DNA from: a virus
Taxonomy: Duplodnaviria > Heunggongvirae > Uroviricota > Caudoviricetes
Length of the DNA stretch: 8,621 bases
Virus record (IMG/VR): IMGVR_UViG_2645728091_000019
Reading direction: 5' to 3' (one strand)
The translations under genes were made by a program, and so were the position numbers. This document shows positions 1 to 7,478 of the stretch, in pieces (position 1 is the stretch's first letter; each line of letters opens with the position of its first letter). Below the pieces are notes generated by a model that had not been told where the DNA came from, did not search any database, and saw only the letters and a program-made list of their open reading frames with translations.

Positions 1-1004
<1,004 letters not shown>

Positions 1005-1079
1005 CTTGGGTTTAGCAGATTCGATTTCTTTAACGGATAGAGGTTTGGTTTGTCTTGCCATTGCCGGGTTTCCATAGTT

Positions 1080-1132
1080 TTAGGCACCTCAAAAACAATA
1101 AAGCTTTATGAGGTGCCTAACAAGGTGCCTAA
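1080..1132. repeat. 12-bp perfect inverted repeat TTAGGCACCTCA / TGAGGTGCCTAA with 17-bp AT-rich spacer, plus a third direct copy of AGGTGCCTAA
   Basis: Read directly: arms at 1080-1091 and 1109-1120, third copy at 1123-1132. No adjacent T-run on either strand, so it looks more like a protein-binding dyad than a terminator. Confidence 0.5.
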
Positions 1133-1186
1133 AAGGTTCGGATTTAATTAGTTGGCATCAGACTTCGCGGGACAAATTCAAGGCAC

Positions 1187-1229
1187 AAAAAAGCCCGCAG
1201 GGCTTGCGCCGTGCGGGCTTGCGCCGTGC
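1187..1229 (-). terminator. Intrinsic-terminator-like GC hairpin with U-run for leftward transcription; contains a 15-bp tandem duplication
   Basis: Minus strand reads ...GCCCGCA-N12-TGCGGGC followed by TTTTTT (complement of the A-run at 1187-1192). GGGCTTGCGCCGTGC is tandemly repeated at 1200-1214 and 1215-1229. Confidence 0.4.
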
Positions 1230-1440
1230 GGGCTCTTAGGACTTCATCGGATGACTCTGGTAATCACCGATGGAGAATTTTGGTGGGCTGGCGGAGTTTG
1301 AATAAATATTATATTGCTTTGATTTTTAACGATTTTGTTTAATTCAGTTTTTGTGCGTATACCTAATTGTATACCAATGGCTGTAAGTTAATGTGAAATT
1401 AAAGCGCATTTTTACTTGGATTGATGCTATATCGTACAGG

Positions 1441-1745
1441 AAAAAAATTTTTTTTCGAAAGAACTGTTCACACTGTTCACCTTTCTTTTTTCTCCTTTTA
1501 TTTCAGTATGATAGGTGGTGAATAATGGGTGAAGGGTGAACATTCGATTCTTCACCTCCGGCATTCTGCTGGTGTGACTCATACCGGTGATTAATCCCCC
1601 GTACTGAAAATCACACAGGGAGAAAAAAGTTTTTTTTGATTTGATTGTTCACACTGTTCACCTTTCGTTTTTCTCTTTTAATTTCAGTGTGATAACGGGT
1701 GAATATACGGTGAAGGGTGAACAGTAGATTGTTCACCTTCGGGGG
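1441..1745. repeat. crr-like cis replication region: two ~120-bp direct repeats 181 bp apart, each carrying TGTTCACC/GGTGAACA iterons
   Basis: TGTTCACA+TGTTCACC doublets at 1465-1481 and 1646-1662; inverted GGTGAAGG/GGTGAACA copies at 1528-1542 and 1709-1723; further TGTTCACC at 1730-1737. The octamer is the P4 alpha-binding type I iteron (from memory). Confidence 0.75.
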
Positions 1746-1755
1746 ATGTCGGGAT

Positions 1756-1780
1756 AAAAAAAGACCGGCAGATGCCGGTC
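1756..1780 (-). terminator. Rho-independent terminator just downstream of alpha
   Basis: Minus strand: GACCGGC-AUCU-GCCGGUC (7-bp perfect stem) followed by seven U (complement of the A-run at 1756-1762), 17 nt after the alpha stop codon at 1797-1799. Confidence 0.6.
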
Positions 1781-1796
1781 AGATGAGTCATGATGG

Positions 1797-3167
1797 TCAG
1801 GTTGTCGCAGGGTCGTCACATTTTGGCAGCCAGTCGCCGTAGCTTTCCTCTTTCAGTGTCAGGTTGGTCTGTATCCCCTGTTTGGTATGGCGCTTCTCGT
1901 AATTCAGTCCGTATTCCTTCAGCATCACCGGTAGCCCCAGCCCGAACATTTTCAGACTGAGTACATTCCGGTAGCCGTTTGCCTCCATGTAGGCCAGATA
2001 GGCGTGATAGAGGTATTTACGGTAATTACGCGGGATGATACTGGCGTTCCCCATATACATGCCGCTGGTCTGCGGCAGGGTTTCCAGATAGCCGATAAAA
2101 TCAAACGTCGGGTCGGCATCCCGTTTGATGTTCAGCGCCTCGTCTGAGTTCTGCTGGGACTGAAGCAGTGACCGGGCGAGCATCGGGTCGCTGAATTTCT
2201 GCATCAGGTGACGCACGATGACCGCCAGCTCGCGGGTGATTTTGTCCTTAAGCTGCGGGTCGCGCTCCTGCGGGGCTATCTGTTCCGGGAAGTGAATAAT
2301 CACCCGCCGGCGTGACACGCCGCCGCTGCGGTCGGTGAAGCGCATCGGGTTATTGTTCACGGCCAGAATCACCGCCGGGATGTGCGTGGAGTACGCATCC
2401 CGGTATTTCGGGTCAACGGACACCGCATCGCCGCCGGTGATGGCCTTGAGTCCGGCTCCGTCGCCGCTCCATTTTTCCTGGTCCGGCAGGCGTATCAGTG
2501 AGAAGCCAGTTAACGCGGCACGTTCACGCGGGGATTCCAGCGTCTCGATGGTGGCCGACGTGGCGTTATCCTCCCCGGCCAGCAGGGTGGCTATTTCGGC
2601 CATGATACTTTTGCCGCTGCCGCCGGGACCGGTCACCTCCAGAAAGAGCTGCCAGTCGTAGCGGTTTGCCAGCACCATAAACAGTGCGGCCAGAATCACG
2701 TCGCGTTTTTCCGCACGGCCACCGGCGGCACGGTCAAGCCAGCGCCAGAACGCGGGGGCGTGGGTTTCCAGCGTTTCCCCTTCCACCGGTGGGGTGAAAT
2801 CCACATCGCACAGGGTGCGCATCCAGTGTGACGGACTGTGCGGGTGGAACGTGCCGCTCTGCGTGTCGAGCACGCCGTTACGAAAGCCAATCAGGCGGCG
2901 GGAGGGGGCTTCCTGCTGCGGAATAATCAGCTTCAGGGTGTCCACCACGGAGGCCACCTTCCCGGAGGAGAACGGCGCGCGCAGACGCTGAAACAGCCCG
3001 GCCACATCCCGGGCAAAGTCCTGTGGCGGCAGCACCTTCCAGACACCATTTTCATAGCGGGACAGAAGCTGGCCGTTGGCATCGACCGCGAGCGCCTCGC
3101 CGTAATGCTCATAGATACGCATGGCCTTTTCGCTGGTACTCATGGCGGAAAACTCCGCTTCGCTCAT
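1797..3167 (-). CDS. alpha: P4 alpha-type helicase / origin-binding portion (C-terminal 456 codons of the alpha frame)
   Basis: Walker A VTGPGGSGKS encoded around 2607-2637. Same reading frame as ORF 3258-4130. No Shine-Dalgarno upstream of ATG 3167. Confidence 0.75.
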   Translation of the reverse strand: MSEAEFSAMSTSEKAMRIYEHYGEALAVDANGQLLSRYENGVWKVLPPQDFARDVAGLFQRLRAPFSSGKVASVVDTLKLIIPQQEAPSRRLIGFRNGVLDTQSGTFHPHSPSHWMRTLCDVDFTPPVEGETLETHAPAFWRWLDRAAGGRAEKRDVILAALFMVLANRYDWQLFLEVTGPGGSGKSIMAEIATLLAGEDNATSATIETLESPRERAALTGFSLIRLPDQEKWSGDGAGLKAITGGDAVSVDPKYRDAYSTHIPAVILAVNNNPMRFTDRSGGVSRRRVIIHFPEQIAPQERDPQLKDKITRELAVIVRHLMQKFSDPMLARSLLQSQQNSDEALNIKRDADPTFDFIGYLETLPQTSGMYMGNASIIPRNYRKYLYHAYLAYMEANGYRNVLSLKMFGLGLPVMLKEYGLNYEKRHTKQGIQTNLTLKEESYGDWLPKCDDPATT

Positions 3168-3257
3168 GGTATCGAACGGGCTTTCAGCCGGTGGCCGGAT
3201 GGCATCGTAAATGGCCTTACGGGTGGCTTCCCCGCCGTACTGCGTGAAGGCATCATT

Positions 3258-4130
3258 TCAGTCACCGAAGACCGGCGGCAGGGCAACAACACCTTCACAC
3301 GCATCTGCGGCTGCGGCGGCTTTTTTCTGGCCGTCACCGCTGAGGTCACGGTCTGCGGCAAGGACAATCTGACAGGCCGGATGCTTCTGCCGGGCAAGGC
3401 TGGCCAGAGAAAGGAGGTTCACGGAAGAAAGCGCCACCATCACCGTTTCACCGGTCAGGTGATGCACGGTAAGTGCGGTCGCGTATCCCTCCGCTATCCA
3501 CAGACGTTTTCCGGCCTGATTCTGTCCTTCAAGGATGTGACAGGTGCCCCTGACCTGTCCGCCTTTCAGGGTGCGCTTACGGCCGTCAGCACTGATTAAC
3601 TGAAGGTTAACCAGTTCGCCGCTGTCGTCATACAGTGGCACCACAAGGTCACCGGCACGCCAGCTCACGCCACCGGCTCTGTGTGTGCCGGTCAGCATCC
3701 GGCATTCCCGGCCGGGAAAGCCCTTGCGGGTCAGGTAGGCGTTACCGGTTCCGGGACGGGTTTTCGCCATCAGGGTTTGTGCCAGTGCGGCGGCGTTCTT
3801 CCGGGCGGCTTCTGTTTCAGCACCGGCGGCGGCCGTCACTGCCGGGTCAGCCGGGGGCAGGCTGCCGGTCACGGCAGCCACCTTTGCGGCCGCGTCGGAC
3901 GGGGAAACACCAAACACCTTTTCAACCAGTTTCAGGCCGTCACCGGCACCACACTGATTGCAGTACCAGGTGCCGCGCCCCTCCCTGTCATCAAAACGGA
4001 AGCGGTCACTCCCGCCACAGACCGGACAGGGCTGATGACGGTTTTTCAGCACCTGAATCCCCAGCGCCGGGAGAATACGCGGCCAGTGGCCGAGTGCATG
4101 GCTGACGGTGGCGGTTACGTTCATTTTCAT
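3258..4130 (-). CDS. alpha: P4 alpha-type primase portion (N-terminal 290 codons), ending at an in-frame TGA
   Basis: Zinc-binding CPVCGG...YCNQCG near the N-terminus; TOPRIM-like EGYATAL and AADRDLSGDG. Strong RBS AAGGAG 9 nt upstream of ATG 4130. The stop is TGA (plus-strand tca at 3258-3260). Confidence 0.75.
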   Translation of the reverse strand: MKMNVTATVSHALGHWPRILPALGIQVLKNRHQPCPVCGGSDRFRFDDREGRGTWYCNQCGAGDGLKLVEKVFGVSPSDAAAKVAAVTGSLPPADPAVTAAAGAETEAARKNAAALAQTLMAKTRPGTGNAYLTRKGFPGRECRMLTGTHRAGGVSWRAGDLVVPLYDDSGELVNLQLISADGRKRTLKGGQVRGTCHILEGQNQAGKRLWIAEGYATALTVHHLTGETVMVALSSVNLLSLASLARQKHPACQIVLAADRDLSGDGQKKAAAAADACEGVVALPPVFGD

Positions 4131-4144
4131 GGTGTTGTTCTCCT

Positions 4145-4465
4145 TCAGTGCAGTACCGGCGCTTTTATGTGACGGGCACAGAGTTCATCCATCACAACCA
4201 GCCCGAGAAAGGACAGCGACGGCGCGGCCTTCAGGGGGCCGGATTCCATTAAATCTTCCAGCAGGGCACAGGCTATCTGACGCCCTTTTTCCTCACCGTG
4301 CTGGCGCAGATAAAAGCCTTCCAGCTCAGCGGCGATGGCCGCCTCCAGTGACTCAAGGGTGAGATGCGGGTAGCGGTGCTGACGTTCGCACACGGTCAGC
4401 CAGGCACAGGCGACAGCGCGACGGTAAAGGGCAGCGCGTAAGACGGGCGGTAAGGGTGTTTTCAT
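4145..4465 (-). CDS. cnr: cnr-like (P4 orf106) copy-number regulator
   Basis: 106-aa ORF immediately upstream of alpha. GGAGG 7 nt before its ATG; its TGA stop (4145-4147) overlaps the alpha RBS. Position and length match P4 cnr (memory). Confidence 0.7.
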
Positions 4466-4600
4466 TTGCTTTCCTCCCTGTGACAGATGACTGCATTCCG
4501 TGCCGGTTGCATTAACTGATAAGGCATATCTGCGTCTCCTGAAGACGTGCGTATCCCTGCGCGAATACGCACATTTAATTTTTCGGGTGTCGTTTTTTAA

Positions 4601-5056
4601 TTACAGATAATTGCGGTAACTGTTATCCGGGGTGGTTTCCGGGTCAGGCTCCGTGCGGGGAATTTCCCGCCATTCCCGCGCTACCGGTGCTGCCCGGCTG
4701 ACCGGAACAGGGTCCTGCGGGTAAATATCCAGATATTTTTCCCGCCATTTCTGTAATTCCGGGTCTCCGGCCATTTCTTTCAGTACCGCATGCCGGTTTA
4801 CGGGGCTGCGTTTGAACAGGTCAGGACGGTCACAGGTAAATTCCCGCAGAAAACGCCCCAGCGGGATGTCTGTGGTGCGCCCGTCAGCGAGGATACGCAC
4901 AAGGATACTGAATTTACGGCGGTACGGATTCCAGACAATGTCCGGGCAGCGGTACGGCATTTCCCACGGAATACCGTCTTCCAGAATGCCGACCACGGCC
5001 ACATCGGGAAAACCGGCAGAACGGTAAATCTCACCGGGCTGGGGAAAATCAAACAT
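4601..5056 (-). CDS. P4 orf151-like protein of unknown function
   Basis: 151-aa ORF. Its start overlaps the stop of the upstream epsilon-like ORF (ATGTTTGA), indicating translational coupling within the leftward operon. Confidence 0.65.
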   Translation of the reverse strand: MFDFPQPGEIYRSAGFPDVAVVGILEDGIPWEMPYRCPDIVWNPYRRKFSILVRILADGRTTDIPLGRFLREFTCDRPDLFKRSPVNRHAVLKEMAGDPELQKWREKYLDIYPQDPVPVSRAAPVAREWREIPRTEPDPETTPDNSYRNYL

Positions 5057-5336
5057 GCGTCCTGTCTCCCCGGTCTTTCTGCTGGGCGAGAAAATCGCGG
5101 CACAGGCCTTTGGCTTTCAGCTCATTCAGCACAAAATCAATATCTTCATTCAGGTAGCTGAAAATATGCGGAATGTAGAGCTGATGCAGACCGGAGAGTT
5201 CACGGTGAATCAAATCACCCCCAACAAACCGGGATACGGCGCTGGCGCGGTTGAGCTTATGGTAAGCCTCAATGCTGAGGTGTTCACGGGCGTCATGACG
5301 TGCTGAGACGGTCTGAGGGGCTTTTTTATTACGCAC
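5049..5336 (-). CDS. epsilon: epsilon-like protein (P2-repressor antagonist in P4), 95 aa with GTG start
   Basis: The ORF track extends this frame to 5492, but the only start with a ribosome-binding site is GTG at 5334-5336 (GGAGG, 6-nt spacer). No SD precedes the in-frame ATGs at 5417 and 5381, and the upstream extension is Cys/Pro/Val-rich and atypical. Assignment is by position and length. Confidence 0.55.
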   Translation of the reverse strand: MRNKKAPQTVSARHDAREHLSIEAYHKLNRASAVSRFVGGDLIHRELSGLHQLYIPHIFSYLNEDIDFVLNELKAKGLCRDFLAQQKDRGDRTHV

Positions 5337-5526
5337 GGGACACCTCCACCACCGGCAGACGGGCAGCAAGGGAGAGCACATAGTCACGGACAAGGGAACG
5401 GCGGGCGCTGCGTTCATCACCGGCGACGGTGCGAAGCATACAGATACGAGGATGACGGTCTGCGCGACGGACAGCCGCAAACACAAAGACAAATTCAGGG
5501 TGTGAGGGGGTAAGGGTTGTAGCCAT
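5329..5526 (-). CDS. 65-aa first ORF of the leftward operon (position of P4 kil; identity unconfirmed)
   Basis: ATG at 5526 preceded by GGAGG with 8-nt spacer. Its stop overlaps the epsilon GTG start region. It is the 3' end of a spurious-looking 214-codon frame on the ORF track. Confidence 0.45.
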   Translation of the reverse strand: MATTLTPSHPEFVFVFAAVRRADRHPRICMLRTVAGDERSARRSLVRDYVLSLAARLPVVEVSRA

Positions 5527-5556
5527 GATGGCAGCCTCCGTTAGATAGCAGGTTAC

Positions 5557-5852
5557 GCTATCGCCGGAGTTCTCACGCTCGATGGCGATAGCCCAGACGG
5601 GGGTGAGAATACCGGCTCTAACGGATACCGGCCAGCCCGGAGGCTGCCCCGCCTGAGCTACCATTGACTCTGCGGCATAATGAGCGGACGCGGGCAGGAT
5701 GCACGGAATGCCATCTGCACGACTGACCACACACCACACCATAATCTGGCGCTCTGTGGCGTTGATTGCGACACAAAAAAAGACGCATGGCGCGTCATAT
5801 GTCGCCGTTAGATTGCTCGGGTTCTCACGCCCGGCTGCCGATTTTGCGGCAG
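5557..5852 (-). promoter_or_regulatory. Untranslated immunity leader with seqA-like and seqC-like target blocks and an internal hairpin plus U7
   Basis: 10-mer GTTCTCACGC directly repeated at 5569-5578 and 5821-5830. The downstream copy sits in the loop of a 9-bp perfect hairpin (GCTATCGCC 5557-5565 / GGCGATAGC 5584-5592). A GACGC-GCCAU-GCGUC hairpin followed by U7 lies at 5775-5796 (minus strand). Confidence 0.5.
5590..5660 (-). ncRNA. Candidate CI-RNA-like immunity RNA (seqB-like block); boundaries approximate
   Basis: The leftward transcript carries ...GGUAUUCUCACCCCCGUCUGGGCUAUCGCC..., complementary to GCGUGAGAAC blocks upstream (5821-5830) and downstream (5569-5578). This matches the seqA/seqB/seqC logic of P4 immunity (memory). 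Ends cannot be mapped from sequence. Confidence 0.3.
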
Positions 5853-5853
5853 C

Positions 5854-5895
5854 GGAAAAACTATATCCGCAAATGCCGGAAAAAGGCAAGCCAGA
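5854..5895 (-). promoter_or_regulatory. Sigma70-type promoter for the leftward operon (PLE-like)
   Basis: Minus strand TTGCCT (complement of 5884-5889), 18-bp spacer, TATAGT (complement of 5860-5865). Predicted start near 5853, about 330 nt upstream of the first ORF. Confidence 0.45.
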
Positions 5896-5924
5896 AAAAG
5901 GGAGTTTTTGCAGAGCGGGCATCA

Positions 5925-6191
5925 TCATGCGTCGTACCCCCGTTTGCGTCCGGCAATGCGCCCGGCCATCCATGCAGTGACTTCAGAGTGCAGCCAGGCC
6001 ACATTTTTACCGCCAAGACTCACCTGCGGCGGAAATTCCCCCTTACGGATGAGTTCATAGATGGTCGAGCGTGACAGGCCGCACAGGTGCATCACTTCCG
6101 GCAGACGTAAAAAACGCTCCTGCGTGATGTCCGGCAGCGGCATCAGTGGCGTCACAGGGGCGGGAGACGGGGAAGAAAAAACAGCTTGCAT
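5925..6191 (-). CDS. vis: Vis-like AlpA-family small HTH regulator/excisionase (88 aa)
   Basis: 88-aa ORF with an AlpA/Xis-like HTH core ([27 protein letters not shown]). GAGG 8 nt upstream of the ATG. Lies downstream of a TGT-N12-ACA site, as expected for a late leftward promoter. Confidence 0.65.
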   Translation of the reverse strand: MQAVFSSPSPAPVTPLMPLPDITQERFLRLPEVMHLCGLSRSTIYELIRKGEFPPQVSLGGKNVAWLHSEVTAWMAGRIAGRKRGYDA

Positions 6192-6293
6192 CGGGCTACC
6201 TCGTTAATGTCCATACAGCACCGGATAAGTCCGTCCGGCTTCGGGTAGCGCTTTATTTTGTGAATATTTTCAGCAGACGCAACAGGGGGGATT

Positions 6294-6311
6294 TGTTCCG
6301 GCAGCCTTACA
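6294..6311 (-). promoter_or_regulatory. TGT-N12-ACA dyad: Delta/Ogr-type late activator site for the leftward late promoter (PLL-like)
   Basis: TGT 6294-6296, 12 nt, ACA 6309-6311. Centre is ~110 bp upstream of the vis ATG, compatible with a -55 activator site and a ~55-nt leader. Confidence 0.5.
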
Positions 6312-6470
6312 ATTGCTGTGTGTTTTTTGCACATCAACGCCAGATAGCTTTAAAACGCTCTGGAAGGAGCTGGAAAAAATTATAGTGAAATACAAATTGT
6401 TTTTTTCTTATTTATTTCAGTTAATTAATAAAAATAAAAAGTAATAAACAGCACAAAAAGTCCATGAACG

Positions 6471-6575
6471 GGTGAACAGTGGTGAACAGACGGTGAACAG
6501 TCATTACTGCGATTGTTCACCATTTAATTTACTGTATTACTTATCTTTTTTATTAAGGTGAACAGAGGTGAACAG
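6471..6575. repeat. ori-like iteron cluster: five GGTGAACAG copies and one inverted TGTTCACC, flanked by very AT-rich DNA
   Basis: GGTGAACA at 6471, 6481, 6492, 6557 and 6567; TGTTCACC at 6514-6521; AT-rich tracts at 6360-6460 and 6522-6556. Same octamer as in crr, about 4.8 kb away. Confidence 0.7.
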
Positions 6576-6653
6576 TAAAATATAAAAAAACAAACAGTAA
6601 GCCGGTTTTTCCTGCGACCTTTTCCTGGCTTGCCGGTCTGAGGATGAGTCTCC

Positions 6654-6671
6654 TGTGTCAGGGCTGGCACA
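6654..6671 (+). promoter_or_regulatory. TGT-N12-ACA dyad: Delta/Ogr-type late activator site for the sid promoter (Psid-like)
   Basis: TGT 6654-6656, 12 nt, ACA 6669-6671. Centre is ~82 bp upstream of the sid ATG, giving a predicted start near 6717. Confidence 0.55.
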
Positions 6672-6743
6672 TCTGCAATGCGTCGTGTTGTTGTCCGGTG
6701 TACGTCACAATTTTCTTAACCTGAAGTGACGAGGAGCCGGAAA

Positions 6744-7478
6744 ATGTCTGACAACACCATCCCTGAATATCTGCAACCCGCGCTGGCACAACTGGAAAAG
6801 GCCAGAGCCGCCCATCTTGAGAACGCCCGCCTGATGGATGAGACCGTCACGGCCATTGAACGGGCAGAGCAGGAAAAAAATGCGCTGGCGCAGGCCGACG
6901 GAAACGACGCTGACGACTGGCGCACGGCCTTTCGTGCAGCCGGTGGTGTCCTGAGCGACGAGCTGAAACAGCGCCACATTGAGCGCGTGGCACGCCGGGA
7001 GCTGGTACAGGAATATGACAATCTGGCCGTGGTGCTGAATTTTGAACGCGAACGCCTGAAAGGGGCGTGTGACAGCACGGCCACCGCCTACCGGAAGGCA
7101 CATCATCACCTTCTGAGTCTGTATGCAGAGCATGAGCTGGAACACGCCCTGAATGAAACCTGTGAGGCGCTTGTCCGGGCAATGCATCTGAGCATTCTGG
7201 TACAGGAAAATCCGCTCGCCAACACCACCGGCCATCAGGGCTACGTCGCACCGGAAAAGGCTGTCATGCAGCAGGTGAAATCATCGCTGGAACAGAAAAT
7301 TAAACAGATGCAAATCAGCCTCACCGGCGAGCCGGTTCTCCGGCTGACCGGGCTGTCAGCGGCAACACTCCCGCACATGGATTATGAGGTGGCAGGCACA
7401 CCGGCACAGCGCAAGGTGTGGCAGGACAAAATAGACCAGCAGGGTGCAGAGCTTAAGGCCAGAGGACTGCTGTCATGA
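6744..7478 (+). CDS. sid: Sid-like capsid size-determination (external scaffold) protein, 244 aa
   Basis: ATG at 6744 with GAGGAG 7 nt upstream; the ORF-track start at 6726 is an upstream GTG with no RBS. Coiled-coil-like, charge-rich sequence. Its stop overlaps the delta start (ATGA). Length matches P4 Sid (memory). Confidence 0.8.
   Translation: MSDNTIPEYLQPALAQLEKARAAHLENARLMDETVTAIERAEQEKNALAQADGNDADDWRTAFRAAGGVLSDELKQRHIERVARRELVQEYDNLAVVLNFERERLKGACDSTATAYRKAHHHLLSLYAEHELEHALNETCEALVRAMHLSILVQENPLANTTGHQGYVAPEKAVMQQVKSSLEQKIKQMQISLTGEPVLRLTGLSAATLPHMDYEVAGTPAQRKVWQDKIDQQGAELKARGLLS

Larger units (their letters stand above)
1797..4130 (-). pseudogene. alpha: Full-length alpha primase-helicase frame (778 codons including stop) interrupted by a single in-frame TGA at codon 291
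   Basis: 4130 and 3167 share the same codon phase. Translation across the gap is stop-free and sensible (...ALPPVFGD*NDAFTQYGGEATRKAIYDAIRPPAESPFDTMSEAEF...). Total length equals the 777 aa I recall for P4 alpha. Confidence 0.6.

Noticed and set aside
1010-1440. tRNA gene or tRNA-derived att core next to the satellite
   Set aside because: By eye I found no cloverleaf-compatible segment or T-arm/CCA-like 3' end; GGTTCGGATTT at 1134-1144 is only a weak resemblance to a T-loop. This cannot be excluded without a proper tRNA/att search.
1441-1745. Possible CRISPR array (crr and also the ori cluster at 6471-6575)
   Set aside because: The repeats are 8-9 bp octamers in both orientations with irregular spacing, and the larger units are only two ~120-bp copies. 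This matches replication iterons, not 28-37-bp CRISPR repeats with unique spacers.
2838-3599. 253-codon plus-strand ORF inside alpha, with neighbouring plus-strand ORFs 2335-2661, 2794-2991 and 3023-3247
   Set aside because: They are antisense to a well-supported GC-rich gene. The predicted proteins are Arg/Gly/His-rich with no motifs and no RBS, typical of spurious open frames opposite high-GC coding sequence.
3635-4172. Plus-strand ORFs 3635-4105 and 3681-4172 opposite the alpha primase region
   Set aside because: Same reasoning: low-complexity Arg/Gly/Pro-rich translations antisense to a motif-bearing gene.
4790-5306. Plus-strand ORFs 4790-5161, 4812-5027 and 5055-5306, and minus-strand ORF 4798-5103, overlapping orf151 and epsilon
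   Set aside because: They are antisense or out of frame relative to the translationally coupled leftward operon, with no RBS and low-complexity products.
5300-5330. Possible plus-strand terminator at GGTCTGAGGGGCTTTTTTATT
   Set aside because: There is a T-run, but I could not find a convincing complementary stem immediately upstream. It also lies inside the 65-aa ORF/epsilon junction on the opposite strand.
5049-5492. 147-codon version of the epsilon ORF
   Set aside because: The N-terminal 52 codons lack any RBS and are compositionally atypical. The GGAGG-GTG start at 5336 gives the expected 95-aa product.
5329-5973. 214-codon minus-strand ORF spanning the immunity leader and part of vis
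   Set aside because: It runs through the promoter and a structured untranslated leader and overlaps vis in another frame. Only its last 65 codons have an RBS-supported start (ATG 5526).
5699-6385. ORFs 5699-5980 (+), 5766-6074 (+), 6146-6385 (+) and 6152-6337 (-) in the leader/vis/PLL region
   Set aside because: They cross the promoter, leader hairpins and the vis gene on the wrong strand or frame, and none has a convincing start context.
6705-7251. Minus-strand ORFs 6705-7235, 6716-7084 and 6847-7251 opposite sid
   Set aside because: They are antisense to sid, whose assignment is supported by RBS, translational coupling to delta and expected length. The products are Arg/Ala/Ser-rich and low-complexity.
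6726-7478. 250-codon version of sid starting at GTG 6726
   Set aside because: The GTG lies inside the GAGGAG ribosome-binding region that serves ATG 6744. The ATG start gives the 244-aa product expected for Sid.
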